A stretch of 64,000 bases of DNA from Klebsormidium nitens (taxonomy: Eukaryota > Plantae > Klebsormidiophyceae). The notes beneath the pieces were generated by a model. It was not told the origin of the DNA. It ran no database searches and worked only from the letters and a program-made list of their open reading frames with translations. The stretch is from positions 32,120-96,119 of the forward strand of contig DF237307.1 in the NCBI GenBank assembly GCA_000708835.1, written 5' to 3'. Below are positions 61,401 to 64,000 of this stretch, piece after piece; position 1 is the first letter of the stretch; every line of letters begins with the position of its first letter. The translations under genes were made by a program, and so were the position numbers.

Positions 61401-62358
61401 TGCGGAGTGCACCTGCAGACACAGGGAGAGACTCTCTCTGCTTCCAAAAGTACAATTTGAGCAGAAATGGTTGTGCACAGGTTAAAGGATGGGCCAGGTT
61501 CACAGAAAAAACACAAAATCAAGAGCTAAGCCAAAAGCCTTCTCCAGTTGAACCCTCTAAACGAAGAGTCTTGTGTACCTGATACACTCTTGCTCGCAGG
61601 CTTTCAGGCGCCCTGCTCTCAGTGTGGCTGCACCTGCGCGTGTTGCTCACCTGTTCTGAGCTCCGGGGTGAGGTGGCGGGGGTGACATGGAACTTGTCTC
61701 TTGCTGCTCCCCTACCTTGACCATGCCAGGTGGCGCCGGCTCTACGATCATCACGTCTGAGTCATCCGACGATGTTCCACCCTGCTTGGCACCGTGGCCA
61801 TTCAAGGGTGCTGTCTTGCGTGCCTCTGGCGCAGCCTGCGCTCTGGCTGCACCTCCCTGGCCGGCAAGCACGTCCAGCTGGGGCTCGCCACTTGAGGCCC
61901 CGCCTGCAACACTGGCCACGTCCACTACCAGAGGGCCAGTAAAGCTCTGGGGTACCACAGGGCTGCGGGTTCCTTGGCCCCCACTCGCTTTCTTAGCTGC
62001 ACCTCTCCGGCGCTGCAAACATTCAATGGACATCATCGAGAGAACAACACTTCTCTGAAGAATTGCGATAACACATTCTGTAAGCAAGACCCACCCACAG
62101 CAAAGCGGAACCCCCAGACGTGCACAGGGGATATGGGCAACCTTCGCTCAACAGACCTAGAAACTACTAGCTGAGTACGTGGCTTGCCATCAGGGACTCT
62201 GGCTTCACCTTGCTGCTCTTCTCCGGTCTTCCTGATGGTCGGGCGCTTCTGAGCAGCTCGGCGGCAGCCGCCTCCTTGGGAACAACCGGCGTCTCACCAT
62301 CTTCAAGGAATCGGGATGGGACTCTGCGTTGCCGCTGAGGGCGTCGCGTGGGTTCCAT
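58459..62358 (-). CDS. Rad60/ESC2/NIP45-type SUMO-like domain protein (At1g68185-like). Secure exons 60776-60707, 60270-60194, 60025-59814, 59570-59441, 59047-58892, 58635-58459; upstream exons to about 62358 are uncertain
   Basis: The C-terminal SLD reads VLVKVRASDGSQERFKVRC|GDPLEKLFRAY...FVFDGDPIDGKSTPEDLGLEDDDMIEV. It is preceded by FQPLF, SWLKPPSP and ESATLLRLRQQRAELL, paralleling the plant orthologue as recalled. The start codon is tentative. Confidence 0.8.
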
Positions 62359-63369
62359 CGTGACCAGCCTAGCTCCAGCAGGCAGAGAATGTATTTGAGG
62401 TGACTTGATAGGGGAACTCGTCTGCAGTACTACGTACATTTCTGCCCACACGAGGCTGATACAATGGTGGCAAATATATCATTCGCTTGAAGTTTTGCAA
62501 TTGCTACTTGACAGCTTTGGGTCTATGTTTTAGAACAAGCCTGTCGGTAATGCAGAAATAGAGAAACTTCAAGAGTTTGGCGGAGAAACAGCCATGACGT
62601 TGGCAGGACCAGCTCAAACCAGGTGGCAATCACCATATGCAATGTGGAAAGAGTTTGTTGCACCATTGGGTCTGACCTATAGCGGCTATCAAGTCAGATG
62701 TTGACAATCATGCTTGCGACATAATGCCCTGGAGTTTTTAGCGTCTAGAGAGGATGCAAGGTTAACGCATATTTGCAATACCACTCACCAACTCGTTGAT
62801 CCCTGTGCCAATGAGTCCGCCCATAGCCTATCTAGGTAATGTTCAGATTCTGGCTACCTATTACTCAGGTTGATCCCGCCTCCTTCCACATATCACTGAT
62901 ATCAGCCTCCTCTGCCTGCCTCGAGCTATGTAACTGTGTGACACGCTTCCCTTCGAAAGGATCATGTACCAAGGTACTGTAATAGCCGCTGCCCGCAGAA
63001 CCAGGTCTTTGCCTGCCGGGCGCACGCGCGCGTTCGGTTCAATAAATAGCGACCGCAACCCCGATGGTCCTGCCTTGCAAACGCCCGAATATGCTGAGCT
63101 CGACCTAGGGTTGGCCACGGTTCCATTGGCTTCGCCGTTTTCTTCCGATTCTGCAAAGAGACGGCAACAGCCCCAATCGACACTAGTGCTGAACATCGAT
63201 CCCTAAAACGAATTAGGCAAGCGCCGCCGATGTGAAAACCGACATACCGCGCAGGCAAGCGGAAAAGGCGGGAACGTGTTTGAATATGCCGCCGGCGCAA
63301 GAGAATCGAAGTTGCAATAGGTATCTTGACAACGCGGAAACTTAGAAGTTAGGAGTCGGGAAAAGTCGT

Positions 63370-63407
63370 GGGTTTTAGGGTTTTAGGGTTTTAGGGTTTT
63401 AGGGTTT
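63370..63407 (+). repeat. Interstitial telomere-like repeat (TTTTAGGG)4; the reverse strand contains tandem telo-boxes AAACCCTA
   Basis: Four perfect 8-mers at 63373-63404, flanked by ggg and ttt. Confidence 0.92.
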
Positions 63408-64000
63408 CTAAAAAGTGACTCAAGACTCGGCTCAAGACTCGACTTTACTGACTTTCGGGACCATACACTGAGTTCGGAGCTTCTGAGCTTGCTGCAGACA
63501 CGCTGCAGATTCCAACGGGCCGTCCATGATTCATCTACGGTATTCATGCCAGGATCTGGAATCCTGGTGAGCTGGTGCTCAAGAGCTCAAGTTTTGTGAC
63601 AAGTTGCTCAGCTGCCAAGCCGCCGGGCTGCCAAGGAATTCTTGTGGTCCCTTCGTGGTCTGGTGAGTCTGGTGGTCCCTTCTGCCGTTCTGCCCTTCTT
63701 CAGCGGTGAAGTGTCACGCCATCCGATCTGCTGATCTGCAAGGAGCTTGAGCTGCCAGGCTTGAGCCGGGCCCGGCTTGAGCTGACTACCTCCGCCACCA
63801 GTGATGGCCTGAGGTCTGCAGTCCGACAGGCAGTCGTCTAGTCGTCTTCCTCTGCCTCGCTGGACGGCGCTCGGGAGCGTGTACAGCCCGCCGCCGGGTA
63901 CAGCCATGGTGTCGGATTCAGATTCACGCCGGCTGTTTCGGGTTTCTGTTACTTCAGTTGCAAACATATTGAACAATGATCTAATGATCACCGATGCTTG

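Noticed and set aside
62861-63196. ORF with AP2-like SSAYSGV
   Set aside because: None of the other AP2 residues (WxAxI, YLG) follow; probably UTR or promoter.
63500-64000. Possible plus-strand gene start (splice-like sites at 63567 and 63663, ATG at 63906) and the minus-strand ORF 63608-63991
   Set aside because: No recognisable product, and it is cut by the window edge, so it cannot be supported.

Overview
This is intron-rich eukaryotic nuclear DNA with GC-rich exons, GT-AG introns of about 100-700 bp and one 457-N assembly gap. The proteins are very close to land-plant orthologues recalled from memory (NUP93, TON2/FASS, VTE6, SEP4, MyoB, CBS-PB1), but exon GC is algal, so the source is most likely a streptophyte (charophyte-grade) green alga; this is an inference. 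I reconstructed 13 spliced genes by hand: a CBS/PB1 protein (truncated at the left edge), plastid-type RecA, VTE6, TON2/FASS, a MyoB-type myosin receptor, metaxin, SEP4-like, proline dehydrogenase, a nodulin-like MFS transporter, a sulfotransferase-like protein, a PCC13-62 ferritin-like desiccation protein with an AGP-like tail, NUP93 and PGP synthase. A fourteenth, a Rad60/ESC2-type SUMO-like protein, has an uncertain N-terminus. The most striking observation is in proline dehydrogenase. It has two tandem 88-nt exons with identical phase and identical donors that encode alternative versions of the active-site beta8 segment and can only be used mutually exclusively. A 16-nt microexon follows them. 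Both versions replace the conserved substrate-gating Tyr with Leu, and the intron between them carries three copies complementary to the shared donor. Other observations: a 13-aa motif conserved twice in the disordered MyoB tail despite saturated synonymous change, recurrent intergenic tracts dense in short palindromes, candidate hAT and Helitron relics, and an interstitial (TTTTAGGG)4 tract. No rRNA, tRNA or CRISPR array was found. All protein comparisons are from memory; no database search was run.
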